Source: Methylovulum sp.
GTDB taxonomy: Bacteria > Pseudomonadota > Gammaproteobacteria > Methylococcales > Methylomonadaceae
DNA length: 64,000 bases
Reading direction: 5' to 3'
NCBI GenBank assembly: GCA_028712695.1
Contig: JAQTQZ010000016.1
Span: 8,678 to 72,677 of the forward strand
In this document: one piece after another, positions 29,530 through 39,997 of the stretch
How the letters are laid out: each line of letters begins with the position of its first letter
Numbering within the stretch: the first letter of the stretch is position 1
Program-made: the position numbers and the translations under genes
Notes under the pieces: model-generated
What the model was told of the DNA's origin: nothing
Databases searched by the model: none
The model's input: the letters and a program-made list of their open reading frames with translations, nothing else

Positions 29530-30247
29530 ACATTGGATAACACCGGACTGGCCTGTGCCTGACAATATTAATGCCGTCACTACATTACGCACGGGGGGGG
29601 TGAGCGCAGAAGCCTTTAGCAGCCTTAATCCGGCTAGCCATGTCGGTGATAATCCTGAACGGGTCGTGCAAAATAGAGCAGTTATCAAGACTATGCTGGC
29701 ATTGCCTGCTGAACCTGTATGGTTGGAACAGATACATGGTAACCATGTCGTTGAGGCGATAAAGACAGCTCATCCACCCCAAGCCGATGCCAGTTATACC
29801 GATGAAGCGTGTGTTGTCTGTGCAGTCATGACGGCGGACTGTTTACCGCTTTTGGTTTGCGCAAGCGATGGCAGTAAAGTGGCGGCGATTCATGCAGGGT
29901 GGCGCGGGTTGCTGGCGGGTATTGTTAGCAATACGCTAGCCGTTATGCCAAAAAATGTGCTGGTTTGGCTAGGCCCTGCAATTGGGCCTGATTGTTTCGA
30001 GGTGGGCGCCGAGGTTCGTTCTGCCTTTTTGAATAAATCGATTGCCTACTCTAAAGCATTCCGCAGTCAACGTGAGGGTAGGTGGTTGGCGGATATTTAT
30101 GAGATTGCCCGCATTGAGTTGGCTACGTTGGGTGTTTATAAGGTTTATGGCGGTAATTTTTGTACTGTTACGGAACATCTGCGTTTTTACTCTTATCGTC
30201 GTGATAAAGATACAGGACGTATGGCTACTCTAATCTGGAGATCATGA
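29516..30247 (+). CDS. pgeF: Peptidoglycan editing factor / purine nucleoside phosphorylase YfiH
   Basis: MTADCLP, HAGWRG, GPAIGP, FYSYRR, GRMA. Confidence 0.92.
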   Translation: MSKIKHWITPDWPVPDNINAVTTLRTGGVSAEAFSSLNPASHVGDNPERVVQNRAVIKTMLALPAEPVWLEQIHGNHVVEAIKTAHPPQADASYTDEACVVCAVMTADCLPLLVCASDGSKVAAIHAGWRGLLAGIVSNTLAVMPKNVLVWLGPAIGPDCFEVGAEVRSAFLNKSIAYSKAFRSQREGRWLADIYEIARIELATLGVYKVYGGNFCTVTEHLRFYSYRRDKDTGRMATLIWRS

Positions 30248-30251
30248 CTGA

Positions 30252-31073
30252 GTGAATTTACTGATATTGATTATCATCTTTACCGCTGTCGGCGGTGTTT
30301 TTAGCGTTATGGCCGCATCGGTTTTTTTATTGTTGCCGGATAAGCAAAGAAGTGCGGTATTGCCGCATGGTATTAGTTTTGCGATTGGCGCCTTGCTTGC
30401 TGTTTCTTTTTGGGGGTTGATCCCTCACGCATTTGAAGAAATCAAACCTGATCAGTTTCAGTCCCTATCGGGAACCATTTTAGCGGGTATTCTCGGTTTT
30501 TTTGTATTGGAGAAATTGCTCATCTGGCGGCATTGCCATTACGGAGAGTGTGAAGCACACGGCGATGACGAACACCAAAGGCATGAACATAGCCATGGGC
30601 ACTTGCATGACCATGGGGCTAAGTCAGCAGGCACGATGATTATCCTAGGCGATAGTATTCATAACTTTGTCGACGGCATATTAATCGCCGCCGCATTTTT
30701 GACGGATGTCCAATTAGGAATTGTTACTAGTTTAGCGGTTGCGGCACATGAAATTCCCCAGGAAGTGGGCGATTTTGCTATTTTATTAGCGAGCGGGTAT
30801 AGCAAGGGCAAAGCACTTTTTTACAATATTCTAACCAGTTTAACGACGGTGTTAGGCGGCGTGCTGGCTTATTTTAGCTTGGAAGACTTACATGATAGTC
30901 TGCCGTATTTTCTTGCCTTAGCCGCATCTAGTTTTATTTATATTGCGGTTGCTGATTTGATACCCTCGTTGCATAAAAAGACGGATATGAAGGCTTCGCT
31001 AGAGCAAATCGTTCTAATTGCAGCGGGGGTGTTGTTGATTTGTTCGTTACATGGGCTCGCCCATAATTTATGA
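30252..31073 (+). CDS. ZIP family metal transporter
   Basis: His-rich loop, GDSIHNFVDG, AHEIPQEVGD, YIAVADLIP. Confidence 0.9.
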   Translation: MNLLILIIIFTAVGGVFSVMAASVFLLLPDKQRSAVLPHGISFAIGALLAVSFWGLIPHAFEEIKPDQFQSLSGTILAGILGFFVLEKLLIWRHCHYGECEAHGDDEHQRHEHSHGHLHDHGAKSAGTMIILGDSIHNFVDGILIAAAFLTDVQLGIVTSLAVAAHEIPQEVGDFAILLASGYSKGKALFYNILTSLTTVLGGVLAYFSLEDLHDSLPYFLALAASSFIYIAVADLIPSLHKKTDMKASLEQIVLIAAGVLLICSLHGLAHNL

Positions 31074-31080
31074 TGGGCTT

Positions 31081-31117
31081 AAAGACCAAAAGTACGCAAT
31101 GTGCTTTTGGTCTTTTT
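31081..31117. terminator. Rho-independent terminator
   Basis: AAAGACCAAAAG...CTTTTGGTCTTTTT between convergent genes. Confidence 0.7.
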
Positions 31118-31137
31118 ATAAGAAATGATGCTTCTTC

Positions 31138-32775
<1,638 letters not shown>

Positions 32776-32845
32776 TTATCCTTTGCGGTTGTGGCTTGGT
32801 GCATTGCTAAAGTACACCAAAATTCTTTTCGAGTGTAGAAATTAT

Positions 32846-33388
32846 ATGTTACGGATTTGTTTATTACTGTGTTGTGGCTTTCTTTCTATCGCAGGGTCTG
32901 CAAATGGCGATGTTTGGCTTTTAGTGGATACAAAGGCGCGGAAAATAGAGGTTAAAAAAGGTGACAGAACGCTTGAAACGTTGAATAGCATTGCTATCGG
33001 TCGGGGAGGGTCTGGATTCAAAAGACATCGGGGCGATAATATTACGCCTCATGGTAGTTACAGGATAGGCTGGATTGGTGAAAAAAGCGCATTTAGGCGT
33101 TTTTTTGGTTTAACTTATCCTTCTGTGGAAGATGCTGAGCACGCCTTAAAACAAGGGGTTATCAATGATATGACTTACTACCGCATTTTGATAGCCCATA
33201 AAAAAAACCAAATACCACCACAAAACACGCCTTTAGGGGGGCAAATAGGAATTCATGGCTTAGGGCGTGCCGATGAAAGGGTGCATAAGGTATTTGACTG
33301 GACGCATGGGTGTATTGCGTTGACTAACGGCCAAATTGATCATTTAAGCCAATTAGTAGATACGGGGACTTTGGTGAAAATAAAATAA
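32846..33388 (+). CDS. L,D-transpeptidase (YkuD family)
   Basis: Signal peptide, TPHGSY, IGIHG...WTHGCIAL catalytic motif. Confidence 0.85.
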   Translation: MLRICLLLCCGFLSIAGSANGDVWLLVDTKARKIEVKKGDRTLETLNSIAIGRGGSGFKRHRGDNITPHGSYRIGWIGEKSAFRRFFGLTYPSVEDAEHALKQGVINDMTYYRILIAHKKNQIPPQNTPLGGQIGIHGLGRADERVHKVFDWTHGCIALTNGQIDHLSQLVDTGTLVKIK

Positions 33389-33473
33389 AGCTGGAAAATG
33401 CAAAAAACAATGCTAGAATTATGACTAGCTGTAGAATTTTTTTTGGTAATAACTTTAAATTTAGGAAAATAAT

Positions 33474-33752
33474 ATGAAAAAAGTAATGAAATTCTCAATG
33501 ATTGCTTTGGCTCTGAGTTTTGTTGTTGGTTGTGCCAGCACTTCAGATATCGAAAGCCTTCAATCACAAATTGATGGTTTGAAAACTTCTGTTGCTCAAG
33601 CTTCTTCTGACGCTGCTAGCGCACAAAGTGCTGCAAACGATGCGGCTTCAAGAGCGGCTTCTGCTGAAGCCGCTGCTAACCGCGCTGCTCAATATGCACA
33701 AGACACTAACAGCAAATTGGACAGTATGTTCAAAAAATCAATGATGAAATAA
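33474..33752 (+). CDS. Lpp/OprI-like alanine-zipper lipoprotein
   Basis: Lipobox VVGC, Ala-rich coiled coil, C-terminal KKSMMK. Confidence 0.85.
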   Translation: MKKVMKFSMIALALSFVVGCASTSDIESLQSQIDGLKTSVAQASSDAASAQSAANDAASRAASAEAAANRAAQYAQDTNSKLDSMFKKSMMK

Positions 33753-33772
33753 AATCGTTATTGCTTTGTTGC

Positions 33773-33812
33773 AAAAAAGCCCGGTGGCGATAAATGCCAC
33801 CGGGCTTTTTTT
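33773..33812. terminator. Bidirectional rho-independent terminator
   Basis: AAAAAAGCCCGGTGGC...GCCACCGGGCTTTTTTT. Confidence 0.85.
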
Positions 33813-34719
33813 ATGCTCGATTTTCGCCGCCGAATAATTCCACCAGCCGAGGCAGAAAATTTGCCAGCTCTAAAGACATGATTGAAAAATCGGCATCAAA
33901 TTTTTCAGCTTCGCTATCGGTATCAATGTCGGCAATTTGATCTTGGATCAGATCAAGAAAGCGTAGCCGTTTAATGGCAAGGTTTTCATCAACAATGAAG
34001 GTAATCCGGTTAGCCCAATTGACCGCCAATTTAATGACTTCTTTGCCAGAGTCCAAATGGTTTTTAATTTCTGGTAACGCCAAGTCATGACGTTTGCAGC
34101 GGATAATTCCACCCGCTTCTTCGGGTGAGCGTAATTCGCACTCATTTTCAATAGTGATATCCTCAGGGGTCTGGTTGGTTACTAGCCATTGGGTCATTAT
34201 TGCGATGGGTTTATCTATGGTGTTGAGTGGTGCGGCTGGCAATGAGCCTAAACATTTGCGTAAGTTGCTCAATAGATCTTCGGCGTTTTTTGCAGAAGCG
34301 GCATCAACGACTATCCAGCCACCTTTAGGGTCAATATAAGCATAAGTTTTTCGCGAAAAGCTGAAAGCTTTAGGCAATAATTCGAAAATGAGTTCATCTT
34401 TAATGGCGGAGCGCTCTTTTTTGGATAATTTACGGGCTTGTTGCTCTTCAGATTCAATCATTTTTTCCAGTACCATTTCGTTGAGTACTGCAGCGGGTAG
34501 GACTTTCTCTTCTTTTTTTCCGCACAGCATCATAAAGCCATTGCTGCTGTGCACTAATTGCTGGGCTGATTTGCCTATCGGTGATGTCCAGCCAAAACTG
34601 AATTCCTGATGAGGGGCGCAGGGATGGAAAGCCATTGATGAAAGTTTCTGCTCCAGTTCTTCTGGCGTTAAAATAAAATTTTCAGTAAGACGAAAAATGC
34701 TAAGATTTTTAAACCACAT
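33811..34719 (-). CDS. rdgC: Recombination-associated protein RdgC
   Basis: MWFKNL, EEKVLP, LLPKAF, FDADF. Confidence 0.95.
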   Translation of the reverse strand: MWFKNLSIFRLTENFILTPEELEQKLSSMAFHPCAPHQEFSFGWTSPIGKSAQQLVHSSNGFMMLCGKKEEKVLPAAVLNEMVLEKMIESEEQQARKLSKKERSAIKDELIFELLPKAFSFSRKTYAYIDPKGGWIVVDAASAKNAEDLLSNLRKCLGSLPAAPLNTIDKPIAIMTQWLVTNQTPEDITIENECELRSPEEAGGIIRCKRHDLALPEIKNHLDSGKEVIKLAVNWANRITFIVDENLAIKRLRFLDLIQDQIADIDTDSEAEKFDADFSIMSLELANFLPRLVELFGGENRA

Positions 34720-34790
34720 GGTTGGGTTGTTATCCTATAAAAGTGACGGGTGCGTATTATCGCAAATTTTACAAGGTAAAAATAAGGTAA

Positions 34791-35300
34791 ATGTCTGGTT
34801 TTATGCATAATGGCTTTGAGCCGATTATTTCTGAGGCTGCCCGCATGTTAATTTTGGGGACTATGCCAGGGGTGGCATCATTGGCTAAGCAACAATATTA
34901 TGGGCATCCTAGAAATGCCTTTTGGCCAATTATGGCTGATTTATATGGGATAAGCCCCGAGGCTGATTATCAATGGCGTAAAGAAGTTTTGCTTAATAAT
35001 GGCGTGGCAGTTTGGGATGTATTGCAAAGCTGTAATCGGCAAGGTAGTTTGGATGCAAATATCGAGAGGGACTCTATCAAAATAAATGATTTCGCTGGGC
35101 TTTTTGCACGTTATAGCTTTATTGGGCGAATAGTTTTTAATGGCAGAATGGCTGAAAAATTGTATAAAAAGCATGTATTGGCATCCTTAAGCCGGCATGA
35201 TGGTGAATTTGAGTATCAGTGCCTTCCATCAACCAGTCCAGCTTATGCAGCATTAAGTTTGGAACAAAAGACTGAAGCATGGAAAGCAATTAAATTGTAA
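34791..35300 (+). CDS. DNA-deoxyinosine/hypoxanthine glycosylase (UDG superfamily)
   Basis: LILGTMPG, YYGHPRNAFW, WDVL, GSLDANI, LPSTSPA. Confidence 0.8.
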   Translation: MSGFMHNGFEPIISEAARMLILGTMPGVASLAKQQYYGHPRNAFWPIMADLYGISPEADYQWRKEVLLNNGVAVWDVLQSCNRQGSLDANIERDSIKINDFAGLFARYSFIGRIVFNGRMAEKLYKKHVLASLSRHDGEFEYQCLPSTSPAYAALSLEQKTEAWKAIKL

Positions 35301-35314
35301 ATATAGGGTTTGTT

Positions 35315-35896
35315 ATGATTGAAGAAAGTGAGTATGACTATGATGAGGGCGAGGTTGAGTATTACGCGATACGTCCTAATAAAACGCAGCTAAAAAAAGA
35401 TATTGCCGTGCTATTTGCATTGGCGGAAGAAATGTCCGAGTTGTCTGTTGCGCAATTAAATACGCTTGGGTTGCCCGAAAATATACATAAAGCAGTTGTT
35501 GAAGTTGGAGGGATGCCGCATACAGGGGCGCGTAAACGCTCGCTGAAATTTATTGCAGGCCAATTACATAAAAAAATAGATGTGGAGCCTATTCTAGAGA
35601 AACTGGCGCGGATAAAAAGTAAAAGCGCCCATGCTACAAGGGAACATCACATTGCGGAGCGCTGGCGGGATCGGTTAATTGCAGAAGGCAATAAAGCCCT
35701 TAGCGAGTTATTTGATGAGCAGTCTCATGCAGATCGCCAACAATTACGGCAGTTAGTGCGTAATGCGCAAAAAGAAGTTGAAGAAGGAAAGCCACCGAAG
35801 TCGTCGCGCTTGTTATATCGCTACCTTAGAGAGGTATTTAAGCTTGAGGGGGGGCCGGATAACGTTGATGATGGGCTGGAGTTTGAAGAGTCTTAG
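35315..35896 (+). CDS. yjgA: Ribosome biogenesis factor YjgA/DarP
   Basis: KTQLKKD, ERWRDRLI, DRQQLRQLVRNA, RLLYRYL. Confidence 0.85.
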   Translation: MIEESEYDYDEGEVEYYAIRPNKTQLKKDIAVLFALAEEMSELSVAQLNTLGLPENIHKAVVEVGGMPHTGARKRSLKFIAGQLHKKIDVEPILEKLARIKSKSAHATREHHIAERWRDRLIAEGNKALSELFDEQSHADRQQLRQLVRNAQKEVEEGKPPKSSRLLYRYLREVFKLEGGPDNVDDGLEFEES

Positions 35897-35978
35897 ACGG
35901 CATGTTACTTGTCAACGGTAAAAAAGTGCAAGATAAAATTGTTAGACAATTTTTAGCCTTGCACTTCGTGTGGATTGT

Positions 35979-36293
35979 TTATTCTTTTGGTGCTTTTGTT
36001 CCTGGCAGTTGGAGCTCTGCGGTCAGATTCCAGTCTGAGAAAGGGAACGGCAGGGTCTCGGTGTTGAAAGTCATAAACAGCAAAATATGATAGGTGTAGA
36101 TAGAAAGGCTACGGCCGAAATTAAGGATGTTTTGATTAGGTTTTCCTGTCAATAATGCGGATACGATTTGCAATATGATAACAGCCCATAACAGCATCCT
36201 GACTAGCCCGCCGATAGCGGCATAAATTAACATAAAAAAAATCCTTTTCCATGTGCTAAGTTGTGTCAGATTAAAATTTATCTGTTCATCCAT
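35979..36293 (-). CDS. DUF4389-like membrane protein
   Basis: WKRIFFM, FGRSLSIY, PFPFSDW. Confidence 0.75.
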   Translation of the reverse strand: MDEQINFNLTQLSTWKRIFFMLIYAAIGGLVRMLLWAVIILQIVSALLTGKPNQNILNFGRSLSIYTYHILLFMTFNTETLPFPFSDWNLTAELQLPGTKAPKE

Positions 36294-36299
36294 AGTCCA

Positions 36300-37322
36300 T
36301 TACCCCCTGTTCATGATGTCACGTAAATCCAACGCGGCAGCATTTGCCCGTGCTATGTAGTTCGCCATTGTTAGGGAATAGTTGGCAAAGAGGCCGTAAC
36401 CATCGCCATTTAGGATCATTGGGCTTAATATCGGTTCCAAAGAGTTTTCTAATGCTTTAATCATAATGTCAACGGTACGCATTGCCCGTTTATCAAGCAA
36501 AATGTCTTGGAAGTCATATTTAATGGCCCTAAGGATATGCAGTAATGCCCAGCTTGCGCCGCGCGCCTCATAGAAAACATCATCAATTTCAAGCCATGTG
36601 ACTCTAGCAACTGGCGTGCCTTGTTTATCAGCTTCCTCTTTTTCCAGTTCCGTCAAACCCGGTCCATAGTTAGATCCAGAGCTGTTTGCTGTCAGTCGGG
36701 TAGAAAGGCCTCCCAAGCGTTTGATGACAACTTCGGTGTATTGCCAGAGGTTGTCAGCCCGTGAATAGAATTGTGCCTGTTTGACATTGCCGCCGTAGTG
36801 TTGAAGCCGGGTCATGTATTTATGCAAGGCTTCTATGCCTTTTTGATATTCAGCCTCTGTAGATGGCAATGCCCATGAATCATTTTCAAAGTAGAAATAA
36901 GGCTCAGCAACCGCTAAGTCAGGATCTTCGGCAGATTGGGATTGGTCTCGTGCAAAGTGATTCCTTAATGCGGATGAAGCATCACGTAACATGACTAGGG
37001 CGCCATATTCCCAGTTAGGGACGTTATCAAGGAACACTCCTGGCGGCCCTACGTCGTTAGTGATATAGCCGCCAGGCTTATGTAGCAGAACTTCTGCAAT
37101 ATGGGCGAGGGTGTTGGTAAAAACGTACCCAACAGGCACGTTTTCAGTTTCGTGGGTTTCTTTTGCGCGTTTTTGCGCTTCGTCCATGATGTTAAACTGC
37201 CCCGGTTCACTACCCCACCATGCACCTAAAGCAATTAGGATGACCAGTACAATAGCGACAAAAACTCCGAAGCCCCAGAGTATCCCTTTGGATTTTATAT
37301 CTTGAATTTCGTCTACCGCCAT
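36300..37322 (-). CDS. DUF2333-like protein
   Basis: N-terminal TM, KPGGYITND, DNVPNWEYG, DDVFYEARG, NYSLTMANYI. Confidence 0.75.
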   Translation of the reverse strand: MAVDEIQDIKSKGILWGFGVFVAIVLVILIALGAWWGSEPGQFNIMDEAQKRAKETHETENVPVGYVFTNTLAHIAEVLLHKPGGYITNDVGPPGVFLDNVPNWEYGALVMLRDASSALRNHFARDQSQSAEDPDLAVAEPYFYFENDSWALPSTEAEYQKGIEALHKYMTRLQHYGGNVKQAQFYSRADNLWQYTEVVIKRLGGLSTRLTANSSGSNYGPGLTELEKEEADKQGTPVARVTWLEIDDVFYEARGASWALLHILRAIKYDFQDILLDKRAMRTVDIMIKALENSLEPILSPMILNGDGYGLFANYSLTMANYIARANAAALDLRDIMNRG

Positions 37323-37445
37323 TTCCGGTACCCTTTAAAGATGAAGTGTGTGTATGAGAAGCAGATTGCTTTTTGCATTAATACATTAAAAAATGATGAC
37401 ATGGTAGCAGATTTTTTATTTTTTTGCTTCTGAAGCAATTGCTTA

Positions 37446-38354
37446 TTAGGGTTTTTTTTTCGCTCTTGGGTGTGCTTTGTCATATATATCAGCCAGATGC
37501 TGGAAATCCAGATGGGTATAGATTTGTGTTGTGCTTATATTGCTATGCCCCAGTAGTTCTTGTACGGCCCGCAAGTCATGGCTAGACTCAAGTAAATGGC
37601 TGGCAAAAGAATGCCTTAACATGTGTGGGTGTATATGTTCGTCGATACCTTTGTTTTTGCACCATTGCGTAAGCCTTAATTCGACGCTGCGTTGGCTAAG
37701 CCGTGTTCCCCGCGTGGAGGTAAATACGGCGGGTTCGGAGGAGGCGACGGCTATTTTTGCCCGCCGTAATAACCAGTTTTCAAGTGCGGTGGCCGCTTTG
37801 CTGCCAATCGGCAATAGCCTTGATTTGCCGCCTTTGCCTGAACGCACCAGGAGCGATTTGTCGGGCAGATCCATGTCTGGCAAATCCAATGCAGTAAGTT
37901 CGCTGAGCCGCAGTCCTGATGAATAAAACAGTTCAAACATAGCTATATCGCGGATTTCTATTATTGAATTGGTGCCTGCTTCCAGTAACCCCGTTATTTG
38001 ATCTACATCTAGGGTTTTAGGCAGTTTTCTTGCCTGTTTGGGCGCCTTTACGTGTTGGGCAGGGTTAGTTTCGGCGACGTTGTTTTTTAGCAGATAGTTG
38101 TAGAAGCTGCGAATTGCAGACAACTGGCGTTGTAGGCTTTTGCTGCTGAGGCCTTGGCGATGGCGCTGGGCGATATAGGCGCGTATATGGGTATGCTGCA
38201 CGCATTGCCAGTCGCTGATAAGCTTGTCGGTGCAAAACTGGACGAGTTGCTTGAGGTCACGCTGATAACTTTTGACGGTATGCGCTGATGCGCGTTGCTC
38301 AACCGTGAGCTGATCTAAAAAATTGTTTAGCAACTGTGCCGCATCAGCGTGCAT
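37446..38354 (-). CDS. xerC: Tyrosine recombinase XerC
   Basis: SSGLRLSEL, GKGGKSR, HPHMLRHSFASH, LGHSNISTTQIYTH; follows dapF-DUF484. Confidence 0.95.
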   Translation of the reverse strand: MHADAAQLLNNFLDQLTVEQRASAHTVKSYQRDLKQLVQFCTDKLISDWQCVQHTHIRAYIAQRHRQGLSSKSLQRQLSAIRSFYNYLLKNNVAETNPAQHVKAPKQARKLPKTLDVDQITGLLEAGTNSIIEIRDIAMFELFYSSGLRLSELTALDLPDMDLPDKSLLVRSGKGGKSRLLPIGSKAATALENWLLRRAKIAVASSEPAVFTSTRGTRLSQRSVELRLTQWCKNKGIDEHIHPHMLRHSFASHLLESSHDLRAVQELLGHSNISTTQIYTHLDFQHLADIYDKAHPRAKKKP

Positions 38355-38355
38355 G

Positions 38356-39867
38356 TTATGCCTGCTGTAATAAGGAAATTAATCGGGTGCCGATAAGCTC
38401 GCTCATCTGTGTTAAAAACAAAGTGCCCATGCTGTAGTGAAATCTGCCTTCCTCGCGGCTACCTATAGCAATAAGGCCCTCCAGTTCGGTGAACGTCATC
38501 GGCACAATAGCACAGGATTTTACTTCCGCTGCCGCCTCGCCAAATAAGACTCTAGCTTGCGCCAGTGTAGGACGTCCGCAACTGGGTTGGTTGTTGGTTA
38601 GCTCCTTAATAAAGGGTTTGATCAAATCACTGCCCGGTTCAATAAATAAATCGGCAATAGTGGGTTCTGGGTGGTGTTTAATAATACGGACAGCCACAAA
38701 GTCGGTGAAAAAATAGTCAGACAGGACGCTATTAAGATTAGCGATGACTTCTTGTAAGGTTTGCGCATCCAGTAGCGCGAGGGTTAATTTGTGCATACGC
38801 AGCAACGCGGTGTCGTTATCCCTGGCTATTTCTATCAACGTAGTGAGCTGGGTTTCCATCTCTTGATGTCTGCTTCTGAATATTTCCAGTTGTTTGGAAA
38901 TTAGGGAAACGGCATTGCCACTTGGATGGGGGATGCTTATATGTTCCAGTAAGTCCAAATGTTCATTGAAGAATCCGGGATTTTTGCGTAGATAGTATTC
39001 AACTTCTACCGATGATAATCCGGTAGTCTCCGAGGTTTTGTTAAAGCTTATTTGACCATCAAAAACGGTGACTGCAGGCCCCGTCATAAAAACGGGTGTA
39101 TCACGCCCTGACCAGTGTATTTTTAGCTTGCCACCCGGTAGTTCAACATAAACATCATGGTCGATCAGGTTTTGTTCAATGCCGATAACTACGGCGGCGC
39201 AGGCGCCACTGCCACAAGCCAGCGTTTCGGCAGCTCCCCGTTCATACACCCGAAGCTTGATATGTTGGCGGTCAAGAATTTGCATAAAGCCGATATTGGC
39301 ACGTTCCGGGAAAATCGGGTGGCTTTCCAGTGCTTGTCCTAATTCATAAACGGGGGCAGACTTAATATCATTGACTTGAATGACGGCGTGGGGATTACCC
39401 ATGGAAACCGCGCCAAATGCTTTTTCAGCGCTATTCACTTCCACGCTATAAAACTTTGATTCTTGCTCGGCATGAAGTGGGATTTCATCGGGTGAGTGCC
39501 TGGGTATCCCCATATTGACAGTCACCATATCCCCATCATCGAAGCGCAATGTTAACTGGCCGGAATTAGTGTCGACACAGATTTCATCTTTTCCGGACAG
39601 CTTTTTATCGCGCACAAAACGGGCAAAACAACGGGCGCCATTGCCGCACTGTGACACTTCACTGCCGTCGGCATTAAAAATGCGATATTTGAAATCGGCA
39701 TTATGGCTGATGGCTGGTTCGACAAGTAATAATTGGTCAAAACCTATGCCGAAGTGACGGTCGGACATAAAGCGGATTTGTTCTGGCGTCAATTCAATTG
39801 CTTGGTTAATAGCGTCAATCACAACGAAGTCATTGCCGAGACCTTGCATCTTAGTGAAGTTAATCAT
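38356..39867 (-). CDS. dapF: Diaminopimelate epimerase fused to DUF484 (YigA-like GAF) domain
   Basis: KMQGLGNDF, SQCGNGARC, MGNPH, ETLACGSGAC; after about 275 aa continues without a stop into YLRKNPGFF...IPHPSGNAVSL...GTLFL. Confidence 0.9.
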   Translation of the reverse strand: MINFTKMQGLGNDFVVIDAINQAIELTPEQIRFMSDRHFGIGFDQLLLVEPAISHNADFKYRIFNADGSEVSQCGNGARCFARFVRDKKLSGKDEICVDTNSGQLTLRFDDGDMVTVNMGIPRHSPDEIPLHAEQESKFYSVEVNSAEKAFGAVSMGNPHAVIQVNDIKSAPVYELGQALESHPIFPERANIGFMQILDRQHIKLRVYERGAAETLACGSGACAAVVIGIEQNLIDHDVYVELPGGKLKIHWSGRDTPVFMTGPAVTVFDGQISFNKTSETTGLSSVEVEYYLRKNPGFFNEHLDLLEHISIPHPSGNAVSLISKQLEIFRSRHQEMETQLTTLIEIARDNDTALLRMHKLTLALLDAQTLQEVIANLNSVLSDYFFTDFVAVRIIKHHPEPTIADLFIEPGSDLIKPFIKELTNNQPSCGRPTLAQARVLFGEAAAEVKSCAIVPMTFTELEGLIAIGSREEGRFHYSMGTLFLTQMSELIGTRLISLLQQA

Positions 39868-39997
39868 TTATTCAGTTGTCGTAATAGGTGAAGATTTAAA
39901 GGCCGGTTTTATCTGGTGTGACAGCAAAATGCAACTTGCACATTTGTTTGCCATTTAACTATTGCTAATTGCTTTCGCTTAATTGTATTCACAAATA

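Noticed and set aside
37446-38354. Tyrosine recombinase as the integrase for the TA cassettes
   Set aside because: It is chromosomal XerC in its conserved dapF-DUF484-xerC context and has no integron insertion domain
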